From the NCBI GenBank assembly GCA_963707915.1, contig OY970178.1:32001-96000 (forward strand): a stretch of 64,000 nt of DNA, in the 5' to 3' direction. Origin of the DNA: Candidatus Eiseniibacteriota bacterium (lineage in GTDB: Bacteria; Eisenbacteria; RBG-16-71-46). Positions 8,403-18,797 of the stretch are shown piece after piece. The number at the start of each line of letters is the position of its first letter. The stretch's first letter is position 1. The translations under genes and the position numbers were made by a program. Below the pieces are notes generated by a model, which worked only from the letters and a program-made list of their open reading frames with translations, was not told the origin of the DNA and ran no database searches.

Positions 8403-9503
8403 ATGAACGGCCCGGCGCCACTCCCCGCCTCCGCCTCGCTCTTCGAGCCCCTCGCGCTGCGCTCGGTGACGTTGCGCAACCGCATCGTGCTCTCGCCCAT
8501 GGCGCAGTATTCCGCGGCGGACGGCATGGCGAACGACTGGCACTTCGTCCACTATGCCAGCCGTGCCGCGGGCGGGCTGGGCGCGGTCCTCGTCGAGGTG
8601 ACGGCCGTGACCCCGGAGGGGCGGATCTGCCCCGGCGAACTGGGCCTGTGGAAGGACGAGCAGGTCGCCCCGCTCGCGCGCCTCGCTGCCCTCGTCGCGG
8701 CACAGGGCGCGGTGCCGGGCATCCAGATCGGTCACGCCGGCCGCAAGGCCTGCACGGCCGCGCCATGGGAGGGGGGCGCCGCGGTGCCGCTCGACCGCGG
8801 GGGCTGGACCCCGCTCGGGCCCGGCACGGAGCCGTTCGGCCCCGCCTACCACGCGCCCCGCGCCCTGGCGCAAGGCGAGCTCGAGGCGCTGCCCGCGACG
8901 TTCGCCGCGGCGGCGCGACGCGCGCACCAGGCCGGCTTCCGGCTGCTCGAGCTCCACGCCGCGCATGGCTACCTCGTCCACCAGTTCCTCTCGCCGCTCG
9001 TGAACCGGCGCGCCGACGGTTACGGGGGCTCCTTCGAGAACCGGGCCCGCCTGGCGCTCGAGGTCACGCGCGCGGTGCGCGCCGCGTGGCCCGCGGACCT
9101 GCCGCTCTGGCTGCGCCTCTCGGTGACCGACTGGGCCGATGGCGGCTGGGACGTCGACGAGGCGGTGCGGCTGGCGGCCCGGATGCGTGACGAAGGCGTC
9201 GACCTGGTGGACTCCTCGAGTGGCGGCGTCGTGGCGCACCAGCGCGTCCCTGCCGCGCCCGGGTTCCAGGTGCCGTTCGCCGAGCGGATCCGTCGCGAGA
9301 CGGGGGTACGGACCGGCGCGGTGGGGCTCATCACAGAGCCCGCGCAGGCCGACGCCATCCTGCGTGCGGGGCAGGCGGACGTCGTGCTGCTCGGCCGGGT
9401 GATGCTGCGCGAGCCCTACTGGCCGCTGCACGCCGCGCACGCGCTGGGCGTCGACGGACCGTGGCCGGTGCAGTACCTGCGGGGCGCTCCCGCCCGGGCG
9501 TGA
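8403..9503 (+). CDS. NADH:flavin oxidoreductase (old yellow enzyme, YqjM/NamA type)
   Basis: LRNRIVLSPMAQYS, HAGRKA, HAAHGYL, YGGSFENRAR, C-terminal WPVQYLR arginine finger. Confidence 0.92.
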   Translation: MNGPAPLPASASLFEPLALRSVTLRNRIVLSPMAQYSAADGMANDWHFVHYASRAAGGLGAVLVEVTAVTPEGRICPGELGLWKDEQVAPLARLAALVAAQGAVPGIQIGHAGRKACTAAPWEGGAAVPLDRGGWTPLGPGTEPFGPAYHAPRALAQGELEALPATFAAAARRAHQAGFRLLELHAAHGYLVHQFLSPLVNRRADGYGGSFENRARLALEVTRAVRAAWPADLPLWLRLSVTDWADGGWDVDEAVRLAARMRDEGVDLVDSSSGGVVAHQRVPAAPGFQVPFAERIRRETGVRTGAVGLITEPAQADAILRAGQADVVLLGRVMLREPYWPLHAAHALGVDGPWPVQYLRGAPARA

Positions 9504-9635
9504 AGCGGGGACCGCGCCGCCGCGAAACCGTTGCGGTGGCCGACCGGGGCGCGTAGGCTGTCGGCGCGGGGTCGCGTCCCGGGCCATGGCGCACGTGGCG
9601 GGGACGTGAGCGTGCCTCACCAGCGGGGAGACGGT

Positions 9636-11201
9636 ATGCCCGATCGGACTCGTGAGGTTTCCGGTGGCGGGGACGATCCCGCCGCGCAGCGGGCCTTCCT
9701 GCGCCAGGTCATCGACCTGAATCCCTCCTTCATCTTCGCCAAGGACCGCGCCGGGCGCTTCACGCTCGTGAACCAGGCCGTGGCGGACAACTACGGCACC
9801 ACGGTGGAGGACCTGGTCGGGAAGACCGACGCGGACTTCAACGCCAGTCCCGAGCAGGTGGAGCACTTCCGGCGCGACGATCTCGAGGTGATGGACACCC
9901 GGTGCGAGAAGGTCATCACCGAGGAGGTCATCACCGACGCCGCGGGCCGGCAGCGCTACCTGCACACCATCAAGCGGCCGATCGTCGGCCCGGACGGCCT
10001 GGCCAACCAGGTCCTCGGGGTGGCCCTCGACATCACGACGCGCAAGCGGCTGGAGGAGCAGCTCGCACAGGCCCAGAAGATGGAGGCCGTCGGCCGCCTG
10101 GCGGGCGGGGTGGCCCACGACTTCAACAACCTGCTCACGGTCATCCTCGGCTCGGTCGAGCTGCTGCTCGACGGCCTGGAACCGGGGCATCCCGTGCAGC
10201 CCAACGCCGAGGAGATCCGCAAGGCCGCCGAGCGCGCGGCGCTGCTGACCCGCCAGCTGCTCGCCTTCAGCCGGAAGCAGGTCCTGCTGCCCGTGGTGCT
10301 CGACCTCAACCGCGTCGTGCAGGACAGCACGCGCATGCTGCGCCACCTGATCGGGGAGGACGTCGAGCTGCTGACCCTCCCGGACGCGCACGGCGCGAGC
10401 GTGAAGGCCGACCCGACGCAGCTCACCCAGGTGATCCTCAACCTGGCGATCAACGCCCGCGACGCCATGCCCCACGGCGGCACGCTCACCATCCGCACGG
10501 CCATCACCGCGTTCGACGGGGCCTACGCGTCGTCCCACCCCGGCGTCGCGCCGGGGGAGTACGTGACGATCGCGGTGAGCGACACGGGGCACGGGATCGC
10601 CCCCGAGGTGCTCCCGCACATCTTCGAGCCGTTCTTCACCACCAAGCCTCCCGGGCTCGGCACCGGGCTCGGGTTGGCGACCTCGTACGGGATCGTCGAG
10701 CAGAGCGGCGGCCACATCACGCTGGACAGCGAGCCCGGCAGCGGCACGACGTTCTTCGTCCATCTTCCCCGGGAAGGGGACGGGGGCGGGGAGTCGAGCG
10801 GGGGGGCGGCCGGATCGCGCGGCGGGCTGGAAACGATCCTGCTCGTGGAGGACGAGGAGATGGTCCGCCTGGTCGCCTCGAGCCGGCTGCGGGCGAACGG
10901 CTACCGCGTGCTCGAGGCGACGAACGGACCGGAGGCCCTGGCCCTGGCCGCGGACCACGCGGGCCCCATCCACCTGCTCTTCACCGACGTGGTCATGCCG
11001 CAGATGGGGGGCGTGGAGCTGGCCTCGCGCCTGGCGCAGACCCGGCCGGGGATCCGCGTGCTCTACACCTCCGGGTACACCCAGGACCCGGTGGTGCTCC
11101 ACGGGGCGGGCGGGAACGAGGACGCCTTCCTGCCCAAGCCCTACGTCGGGGATTCGCTCGCGCGCCGGGTGCGAGAAGTGCTGGACGGCCCACGGCAGTA
11201 G
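9636..11201 (+). CDS. Cytoplasmic PAS-domain hybrid histidine kinase/response regulator (CckA-like)
   Basis: PAS/PAC, H-box QKMEAVGRLAGGVAHDFNNLL, N-box NLAINARDAM, G-boxes, REC domain (LLVEDE, TDVVMP, FLPKPY); start at ATG after GGGGAG. Confidence 0.92.
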   Translation: MPDRTREVSGGGDDPAAQRAFLRQVIDLNPSFIFAKDRAGRFTLVNQAVADNYGTTVEDLVGKTDADFNASPEQVEHFRRDDLEVMDTRCEKVITEEVITDAAGRQRYLHTIKRPIVGPDGLANQVLGVALDITTRKRLEEQLAQAQKMEAVGRLAGGVAHDFNNLLTVILGSVELLLDGLEPGHPVQPNAEEIRKAAERAALLTRQLLAFSRKQVLLPVVLDLNRVVQDSTRMLRHLIGEDVELLTLPDAHGASVKADPTQLTQVILNLAINARDAMPHGGTLTIRTAITAFDGAYASSHPGVAPGEYVTIAVSDTGHGIAPEVLPHIFEPFFTTKPPGLGTGLGLATSYGIVEQSGGHITLDSEPGSGTTFFVHLPREGDGGGESSGGAAGSRGGLETILLVEDEEMVRLVASSRLRANGYRVLEATNGPEALALAADHAGPIHLLFTDVVMPQMGGVELASRLAQTRPGIRVLYTSGYTQDPVVLHGAGGNEDAFLPKPYVGDSLARRVREVLDGPRQ

Positions 11202-11301
11202 ACCGGGCGCCGATCCGCTGAAACCGTCCCGCCCTCCGGCTCATCCAATCCAGCCTGGGCACGGTCGCCGTTCCCCTGGGCCGCTTCGCACGAAGGAGCC
11301 C

Positions 11302-11988
11302 GTGAAGTTCTCCCTGGCCGGATCCACGAACCGGACGCGGGGGCGTCTCGCCGCCGCGGTGCTGCCCGTCCTCATGGTCATCGCTGCGGCGCCGTCGTGG
11401 CCTTCCGCCGCGAAGCTCCCGCGGGGAGGAGAACCCGTGACCGTGCATCGAACCGAGACCGCGACCCTGGCCGGGGGCTGCTTCTGGTGCCTCGAGGCCG
11501 TGTTCGAGCGGCTGAAGGGGGTCGAGCGCGTCGTCTCCGGGTACTCGGGAGGCAGCGTGCCGTCGCCCACCTACGAGCAGGTGTCCTCCGGCTCGACCGG
11601 GCACGCCGAGTGCGTGCAGATCACGTTCGACCCCGCGGTGCTCACCTACCGCGACCTGCTGCGCATCTTCTTCGCCTTTCACGATCCGACCACGCGGGAC
11701 CGCCAGGGCGCCGACGCGGGTACGCAGTACCGCTCCGCCATCTTCTGGCACGACGCCGGGCAACGGGCCGTCGCCACCGAGGTCATCGCGGAACTCACGA
11801 AGGACCAGGTCTTCGCCGCGCCGATCGTGACGGAAGTCGCGCCCTTCACCGCGTTCCATCCGGCCGAGGGCCGCCACCAGGGCTACTTCGACCGCAACCA
11901 GTCCCAGCCGTACTGCCAGGTCGTCATCGCTCCGAAGCTGGCGAAGCTGAGGAGGCTCTACGCCGGGCGGCTGAAGCCGCCCGGGTGA
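11302..11988 (+). CDS. msrA: Peptide-methionine (S)-S-oxide reductase MsrA (alternative in-frame start at 11437)
   Basis: GGCFWC, TGHAE, HDPT..RQG.D.GTQYRSAIF, AE..HQ.Y, YCQVVI. Confidence 0.95.
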   Translation: MKFSLAGSTNRTRGRLAAAVLPVLMVIAAAPSWPSAAKLPRGGEPVTVHRTETATLAGGCFWCLEAVFERLKGVERVVSGYSGGSVPSPTYEQVSSGSTGHAECVQITFDPAVLTYRDLLRIFFAFHDPTTRDRQGADAGTQYRSAIFWHDAGQRAVATEVIAELTKDQVFAAPIVTEVAPFTAFHPAEGRHQGYFDRNQSQPYCQVVIAPKLAKLRRLYAGRLKPPG

Positions 11989-12096
11989 GCCGGGTCGCCG
12001 GTCCCGGTCGCCGCGGTGCCGTCGGGGATGGCGAAAGCGCCCGGGGCTCGTCGCCTCCGGGCGCTTCGATCACCGGCACGCTTCGCCGGGCGCGGC

Positions 12097-13431
12097 CTAC
12101 ATCTTCCGCCGGCTGCGGCGGTCCCCGTCGTTGATCTTCTTGCGCCGGCCGTGATCGAGGCCGGACGACGCCGCGCTCACCACCCGGGCGGCCGGGATGC
12201 GCACGGACGACGACCCGCCCCGATGCGGCCCCGAAGAGCGGCCGGAACCGTGGGGGCGCGAGCCGTGCGAGTGCGCGCCGCGATCGGCCGGCTCCACCAG
12301 CGACCGCCGCTTGTAGTCGAATCCGTCGAGCACCACGCGCGGCACGCGGATGCGGAGGAAGTGCTCGATATCGGTCACCTCCGCGTGCTCCTCGGGGCTC
12401 ACCAGCGTGAGCGCGTCCCCCGTCGCGTCCATGCGCCCGGTGCGGCCGATGCGGTGGACGTAGTCCTCGGGCGTGCGGGGCACGTCGTAATTGATGACGT
12501 GGGTGATGTCGTCCACGTCGATGCCGCGCGAGGCGATGTCGGTGGCGACCAGGACGCCGACCCGGCCGCGCTTGAAGTCGCTGAGCGCCCGCTCGCGCTG
12601 GCCCTGGCTGCGGTCGCCGTGGATGACCGCGACGTCGCGGCCGCGGTTGCGCAGCTGGCGCGTCAGCCGGTCGGCGCCGTGCTTGGTGCGGGTGAAGACC
12701 AGCACGCTGTGGTCGGGCGAGCGGCTCAGGATCTCCTCCAGCAGCGCCGGCTTGAGGTGCCGCGGCACGGGATAGAACGTCTGCTCGATGCCCGCGGCGG
12801 GACGCGAGGGCGGCGCCAGGTCGAGCCGCTTCGGGTCGCGGAGCGCCTCCCTGGCCACGCGGTTGAGCTCGGGCGGCATGGTGGCGGAGAACATCAGCGT
12901 CTGCCGGTCCCTGGGCAGGAGCGCGAGGATGCGCTGCAGGTCGGGCGCGAATCCCATGTCCACCATGCGGTCGGCCTCGTCCAGCACCAGCACCTCGACC
13001 TCCTCGAGGCTCACGCTGTGCCGGCCGTGCAGGTCGAGGAGCCTTCCGGGAGTGGCGACCAGGAGTTCCACGCCCTCGCGGCGCAGCAGGCGCTCCTGGG
13101 GGCCGATCGGCACGCCGCCGTAGACGGCGCCGACGCGCACCCCGGTGTAGCGGGCGTAGTCGCGGCCGCAGGCGTCGACCTGGGCGGCCAGTTCCCGGGT
13201 CGGGACGAGCACCAGCGCGCGCAGCGCGCGGGGCCCCTCGAGCAGGCGTACCAGGATGGGGAGCAGGAACGCGGCGGTCTTGCCGCTGCCGGTCTGCGCG
13301 GCGGCGACCAGGTCGTGTCCGGGGAGGATCAGGGGGATGGCCTGGCGCTGGATCGGGGTGGGCTCGGCATAGCCGGCCGCGCGCACGCTCCGGGTGATGG
13401 GCTCAGGCAGGCCCAGTGATGCGAATGGCAT
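12097..13431 (-). CDS. rhlE: DEAD-box RNA helicase (RhlE-like)
   Basis: Q motif, AQTGSGKT, PTRELA, TPGR, DEAD, SAT, HRIGRTGR, basic tail; AAGGAG RBS. Confidence 0.93.
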   Translation of the reverse strand: MPFASLGLPEPITRSVRAAGYAEPTPIQRQAIPLILPGHDLVAAAQTGSGKTAAFLLPILVRLLEGPRALRALVLVPTRELAAQVDACGRDYARYTGVRVGAVYGGVPIGPQERLLRREGVELLVATPGRLLDLHGRHSVSLEEVEVLVLDEADRMVDMGFAPDLQRILALLPRDRQTLMFSATMPPELNRVAREALRDPKRLDLAPPSRPAAGIEQTFYPVPRHLKPALLEEILSRSPDHSVLVFTRTKHGADRLTRQLRNRGRDVAVIHGDRSQGQRERALSDFKRGRVGVLVATDIASRGIDVDDITHVINYDVPRTPEDYVHRIGRTGRMDATGDALTLVSPEEHAEVTDIEHFLRIRVPRVVLDGFDYKRRSLVEPADRGAHSHGSRPHGSGRSSGPHRGGSSSVRIPAARVVSAASSGLDHGRRKKINDGDRRSRRKM

Positions 13432-13674
13432 TCGGTCTCCTTGAAGCGGTGGTCAAACGAGTGTCTGCGGGACGGTGCGTCACGCGCGGCCCGTCGCTGA
13501 GCACTCGATGGCTCCAAGCGGGCCTGATGGCGGGCGAATCACGCCGGGGGGCGTATGGCCACGGTGGCCGGGCCCTCGAAGCAGGGGAGTGGGCCATAAG
13601 CGAAAACCGCCAAGAGATGTCCTTGGCGGAGTCGAACGCTGACGGCACATCCACAAGCAACCCAAGACGAGAGC

Positions 13675-13703
13675 AGTATCGGCACTCCCGGGACGAAACG
13701 CAA
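13675..13703 (-). promoter_or_regulatory. Possible sigma70 promoter of the DEAD-box helicase, giving a ~240-nt leader
   Basis: Minus strand TTGCGT-17 bp-GATACT. Confidence 0.4.
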
Positions 13704-13856
13704 GCGGCTTCGGCGCGGGCTCCGTAACGTGTTGGGGCGCATGTCCCGGCGTGCGGTCCCCGGGAGGCTGGTAATCCCCGCCGCGAGTTGGCAAGATGCG
13801 ACCATGAACCTGCCGGAGACCGCTCCCGCACGTGAGCCCGCGGGCCGGGCCGCTCC

Positions 13857-14807
13857 ATGAGCGTCCCGGCGCTGGACCGCTCGAGACTCGCGCGCTTCGC
13901 CTGGCTCTCGATCGCCGCTGCGGTCGCGACCATCGGAATGAAGGCCGGCGCCTATCTGCTGACCGGGTCGGTCGGGTTGCTCTCCGACGCGCTCGAGTCC
14001 CTGGTGAACCTGGCCGGTGCGATCATGGCGCTGAGCATGCTGAACATCGCCGCCCGGCCGGCCGACGAGGACCACCCCTACGGCCACAGCAAGGCCGAGT
14101 ACTTCTCCAGCGGGGTCGAGGGCTCGCTCATCATGGTCGCCGCCACCATGATCGCGGTCGCGGCGGTCGACCGGCTGCTGCATCCGCGGGCCCTGGAGCA
14201 GCTCGGCCTGGGGCTCGGCATCTCGGTCCTCGCCTCGCTCGTGAACCTGGGCGTCGCGCGGGTCCTGCTCCGGGCCTCGAAACGCTACGACTCGATCACG
14301 CTCCAGGCCAACGCGCAGCACCTGATGACCGACGTCTGGACCTCGGGGGGCGTGCTGGCGGGCGTCGGCGCCGTGGCGCTGACCGGCTGGCAGTGGCTCG
14401 ATCCCGGGGTGGCGCTGCTGGTCGCCGCCAACATCGTCTGGACGGGCGTGAAGATCGTGCGCGAGTCCGTGCTCGGGCTGATGGACACCGCCATGGTGCC
14501 GGAGGAGCGTGCCGCGGTGCAGGCGGCGCTCGGTCCGCACCTGCGGGACGGCGTGGAGACCCACGCGCTGCTCACGCGCCAGGCCGGTTCCCAGCGCTTC
14601 GTCTCGCTGCACGTCCTGGTGCCGGGCGCCTGGTCGGTCCAGCAGGGACACGACCTGGTGGAGCGCATCGAGCGCGACATCCGCGGCGCCGTCCGCAACG
14701 TCACCGTGCTGACGCACCTCGAGTCGCTCGACGACCCGGCGTCCTGGGACGACGTGACGCTGGACCGGCAGTCCCGGGCGTCGACGGAGAAGTCCCCGGC
14801 GGGCTGA
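13857..14807 (+). CDS. Cation diffusion facilitator (FieF-like) transporter
   Basis: [33 protein letters not shown]-terminal HDL..THLE. Confidence 0.93.
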   Translation: MSVPALDRSRLARFAWLSIAAAVATIGMKAGAYLLTGSVGLLSDALESLVNLAGAIMALSMLNIAARPADEDHPYGHSKAEYFSSGVEGSLIMVAATMIAVAAVDRLLHPRALEQLGLGLGISVLASLVNLGVARVLLRASKRYDSITLQANAQHLMTDVWTSGGVLAGVGAVALTGWQWLDPGVALLVAANIVWTGVKIVRESVLGLMDTAMVPEERAAVQAALGPHLRDGVETHALLTRQAGSQRFVSLHVLVPGAWSVQQGHDLVERIERDIRGAVRNVTVLTHLESLDDPASWDDVTLDRQSRASTEKSPAG

Positions 14808-14843
14808 CCGCTGCCCGCGCACCCGCGCACCCGCAGGCGCGCC

Positions 14844-16354
14844 TCAGCGCCGCCGCCGTCCCACCTCGACGTGACGCGTGCGGGCGAAGTCGATGAAGCC
14901 CCGCTCCGGGTCGGTGTGGACGAGCTTCACCCGCACCTGGTCGCCGACGTCGAGCCCCGCCTGCGCCCTGCTCGATGCGGCCCTCGACCGGCGGGTCGAA
15001 GATGCGCGCCCAGGTCCCCTTGGGCGAGGCGCCGGTGACGATCCCGTCGAACTCCTCGCCGATGCGATCGCACAGCAGGCAGGCGGCCGCGGCCTTGCGC
15101 AGCAGCCGCTCGACCTTCTGGGCGCCGTCCTCCTTCAGCGTGCAGTGCGCGGCGAGCGCCTCGAGGGCGCCGCGGGCGTACGGGACCGTCGCGTCCCGCC
15201 AGCGCGGCCCGGAGCAGCCGCTGGGTGACGAGGTCCGGGTAGCGCCGGTTGGGCGCGGTCGAGTGCGTGTACTCGCTCACCGCCAGCCCGAAGTGGCCGG
15301 TGACGTCCTGGCCGGGGAAGCTGGCCACGTACTCGCCGCGGCCGAGCAGCTTGATGACCGCGAGCGAGAGGTCGGGGAAGCGCAGCGGGTCCGCCGCGCG
15401 GCGCTGGAGCAGGAAGTCGTTCAGCGCCTTCGCGTCGGGCTCGGGCGGCAGCTGGTCGCCCGTGCTCGAGCGCGATGTCCACGATGCGCTGCCAGCGCTC
15501 CGGCGAGCGCACGACGCGGCGCACGACCGGGAAACGGCGCGCCTCGAGGAAGCGCGCGATCGCGCCGTTGGCCGCGATCATGAAGTCCTCGATGAGGTCC
15601 CTCGCGCGGTTGCGCTCGTCCGCCGCCAGGCCGCTGACCGCGGTCCCCGTCGAAGCGGGCGTGGACCTCGATGGTGTCGAGCTCGAGGGCCCCGTGCTCG
15701 TGGCGGTACGCCTTGAGCCGCTGGGCGACCCGGTCCTGGAGCCGGAGGTTCTCGTCCAGCCCGGGACCGCGCCGGCGGCCGCCGGCAGCGGGCCGCGGCC
15801 CTCGAGCCAGGCGCCGACGCCCGCGTAGGCGAGCTTGGCCTGGTTGCGCACCACCGCGCGGTAGACGCTCGCGCCGGGCCGTTCCCGCCGTCGGCGTCCA
15901 CCGACCATCTCGACCACCACGGCCAGCCGGTCCTCGTCCTGGCCGAGCGAGGTGAGGTCGGTGCTGAGCCGCTCGGGCAGCATGGGGAAGTTCTGCGGCG
16001 GGGTGTAGACCGAGGTGGTGTTCGTCCCCGCGTGGCCGTCCAGCGCCGAGCCGGGCGCCACCGCGGCGCTGACGTCGGCCACCGCCACCCGGATGCGGAC
16101 CGCGCCGCCCGCGAGCGGCTCGGCCACCGTGAGCTGGTCCAGGTCGCGCGAGTCGTCGTTGTCGATCGAGCACCACGGCGAGCGCGGCGCAGGTCGCGCA
16201 CGTCGGCGTCCGCACGGCGGCGCGGGCTCGGCGAGGTCGCTGCGCCTCGGCGAGCGCCGCGGGCGGGAAGTCGGGCTCGAGGCCGTACTGCGATCATCGC
16301 CCGCCGCGCCACGCGCAGCAGCAGGGCGCGGTGCTGTTCCGCCGCGCGGCTCAT
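14844..16354 (-). pseudogene. RNB-domain (RNase II/R family) exoribonuclease, multiply frameshifted as assembled (probably consensus error)
   Basis: Fragments in several frames: MSRAAEQHRALL, WCSIDNDDSRDLDQL, NTTSVYTP..FPMLPERLS, LIEDFMIAAN, HFGLA..YTHSTAPNRRYPDLVTQR, S1-like TDPERGFIDF end. Confidence 0.8.
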
Positions 16355-17193
16355 CGCGCGCCTCCGCCCGCGGCGGGAGGCGTGGGTCGTCGTGCCCGTG
16401 GCGCGCGACGGGCGTGACCGAGCGGGCGATGTCGGGCGTGACGCCCGCGGGCGCGGTGCTGAGGCTCTGCCGCAGGAGCGTCGAACGCCTCCGCCGGGCT
16501 GTCCACGAAGTGGAACGAGCTCCAGGTCCTCCGCGGCGATCATCGCCGTGCCGCACCAGTGCCGGGAAGTCCACGATCTCCCTCCAGTAGCCGGGTCCGT
16601 ACAGCAGGATGAGGATCCGCCGGTCGAGCTTGCGGGTCTGCGCGAGCGTCAGCATCTCGAAGAGCTCGTCCAGCGTGCCGAAGCCGCCCGGGAAGGCCAC
16701 GATGGCGCGCGCCAGGTGCGCGAACCAGAGCTTGCGCATGAAGAAGTAGTGGAACTCGAAGAGCAGCTCCGGCGTGATGTAGCGGGTTCGGGCGCTGCTC
16801 GTGGGGCAGGCCGATGTTGAGCCCGATCGTGCGCCCGCCCGCGTCGGCCGCGCCCCGGTTCGCCGCCTCCATGATGCCGCCGCCGCCGCCCGAGCAGACC
16901 AGGAAGCGCCGCGCCGGGCGTCTCCAGCCCCAGCGACCACGCGGTGACCAGGCGCGCGAGCTCCCGCGCCTCGGCGTAGTAGCGCCCGAGCGGGCCGTCC
17001 TCGCGCAGCCGCGCCGAGCCGAAGAAGACGATCGGTGTCGTGGACGTGCTGGCGCCGGAAGGCGTGCAGGGGCTGCGAGGTACTCGGCCAGGATGCGCAG
17101 CGGCCGGGCCTCGTCGCTCTCGAGGAACTCCTCGTTGCGGTAGGCCAGCGTCGGGTTCGCGCCCGCGGGGGGCGTGGCGTTCGATCGGCTCAT
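16351..17193 (-). pseudogene. LOG/TIGR00730 family protein, multiply frameshifted as assembled (probably consensus error); 3' end approximate
   Basis: Fragments [58 protein letters not shown]. Confidence 0.8.
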
Positions 17194-17371
17194 CGGTTCT
17201 CCTCCCTGCCGTGTGGGCGGGCTCGCAGGATCCCTGGCCGCCATCTTATCCGCTCGGCCGGCGGCCCGCATCCCCGGCGCACGAGTCCCGGCGGGTCCGC
17301 GGCGGCGACCCGGCTGTGCTAGCCTTGGCACGATCGGCGCGGGTTCTGACGAACGCGCCCGCGGAGGCGAT

Positions 17372-18478
17372 GTGAGAGGCTGGCCTGGCCGGTTCGCGGG
17401 GTTCTGGCGTCGACTCACCGAGGGCCTGACGCTCACGGAGATGTGGTTCCAGTTCCGCAAGGAGACCGGGACGAGCTACCGGCTCTACTCGCGGGAGCTG
17501 GAGGCGAAGCTCGGCGACCAGCCGCGGAGGCGCCGCCTCCCGCGCATCGTGGCGGCGCTGTTCTGGGCGATGGTCCTCAAGCTCTCGCCCACGCGGCGGT
17601 TGTTCCTGCTTGCGGCCCTGGCCCTGCTCGTGTCCCGCGCGCTGGGCGGGCCGGCCAGCCTCGAGCCGCTCGGTGCGCTGGTGCTGCTCGCGCTGCTCGC
17701 GCTCGAACTGGCGGACCGCGTGGCGCTGAAGCGCGACCTCGAGATCGCGCGCGAGATCCAGAAGTGGCTGGTCCCGCAGTCGCCGCCCGTGGTGCCGGGG
17801 GTGGACGTCGCGTTCACGACGTTGCCGGCGAACACCGTGGCCGGGGACTACTACGACGCCTTCCTCTGCCCCGGGTCGCTGGGCGAGGGCTCGCCGGCGC
17901 GGCTCGTGCTCGTGGTCGCCGACGTGGCGGGCAAGGGGATGCCGGCCGCGCTCATCATGGCCACGTTCCAGTCGAGCTTGAAGACCCTCGTGCAGAAGCC
18001 CATCCCGTTGCCGGAACTGGTCGACCGGCTGTGTCGCTATTCCTGCGAGCACAGCCTCCAGGGGTTGCGGTTCACGACCGCGGTGATCGCGGAACTGGAC
18101 CCGCTCACCGGCACGCTCTCCTACGTCAACGCCGGGCACAACCCGCCGGCGCTGCTGCGCGCCGACGGCGCCATCGAGTGGCTGACGACCGGCGGGCTGC
18201 CGCTGGGCGTGCCGGCCGGCATCGCCTACGACTCGGCGACGCTGACGCTGCGGCCCGGCGACCGCCTGGTCGTCTTCAGCGACGGGGTGGTGGAGGCGCA
18301 GGACCCGGGCGGGCAGGAGTACGGCGACGCCCGGTTGAGGCAGGTGCTGAACGACGCCCGCGGGGAGGACGCCGCGGGGACGCTGGGCCGTTTGATGTCC
18401 TCGGTGGACGCCTTCGTCGCGACGGCGCCGCGGTCGGACGACATCACCTGCCTGGTGATGCGCTTCCAGGGCCGATAG
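17372..18478 (+). CDS. Membrane-anchored PP2C/SpoIIE (RsbU-like) phosphatase
   Basis: GTG after GGAGG; N-terminal TMs; [41 protein letters not shown]. Confidence 0.9.
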   Translation: MRGWPGRFAGFWRRLTEGLTLTEMWFQFRKETGTSYRLYSRELEAKLGDQPRRRRLPRIVAALFWAMVLKLSPTRRLFLLAALALLVSRALGGPASLEPLGALVLLALLALELADRVALKRDLEIAREIQKWLVPQSPPVVPGVDVAFTTLPANTVAGDYYDAFLCPGSLGEGSPARLVLVVADVAGKGMPAALIMATFQSSLKTLVQKPIPLPELVDRLCRYSCEHSLQGLRFTTAVIAELDPLTGTLSYVNAGHNPPALLRADGAIEWLTTGGLPLGVPAGIAYDSATLTLRPGDRLVVFSDGVVEAQDPGGQEYGDARLRQVLNDARGEDAAGTLGRLMSSVDAFVATAPRSDDITCLVMRFQGR

Positions 18479-18797
18479 GCGGCGGTGATCCCGCTATGCC
18501 GGCTCCGCGGCACGCCCGGATCCTGCCGAGGGCGGCACCCCGGTCCACCGCGGTGCCCCCGGGCGCCGGAATTCGCGACGGTGAACCGTGCATCCCGCAA
18601 TCGAGGATTGCAGGTCGCACGCGGGGACCCCATGGGCGCCGGTCGTCGGCGCGCGGTCGAGCCCGCTGCATTCTCTCCCTTCAGCTATCGGTGGCGGCTC
18701 CGAAACTCATGACAGGGGGCGCTGGGGAAGTGCCCCCGGCGCCCGAACGACGCCCGGCCGACACCCCTCGGACCGAACCGACCCTGCCGAAGGGCTC

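Noticed and set aside
8301..11102. Many long overlapping ORFs (e.g. 8301..11102-, 4346..7195+, 43888..46317-, 60027..62612-)
   Set aside because: Antisense or off-frame shadows of real genes caused by very high GC; Arg/Pro/Gly-rich with no motifs
13625..13645. GTTCGACTC (minus strand) resembling a tRNA T-loop
   Set aside because: No T-stem or cloverleaf can be built around it
15135..16940. 601-aa ORF that looks like a LOG-RNB fusion
   Set aside because: A patchwork of frames created by the +1 insertions; the real genes have separate starts
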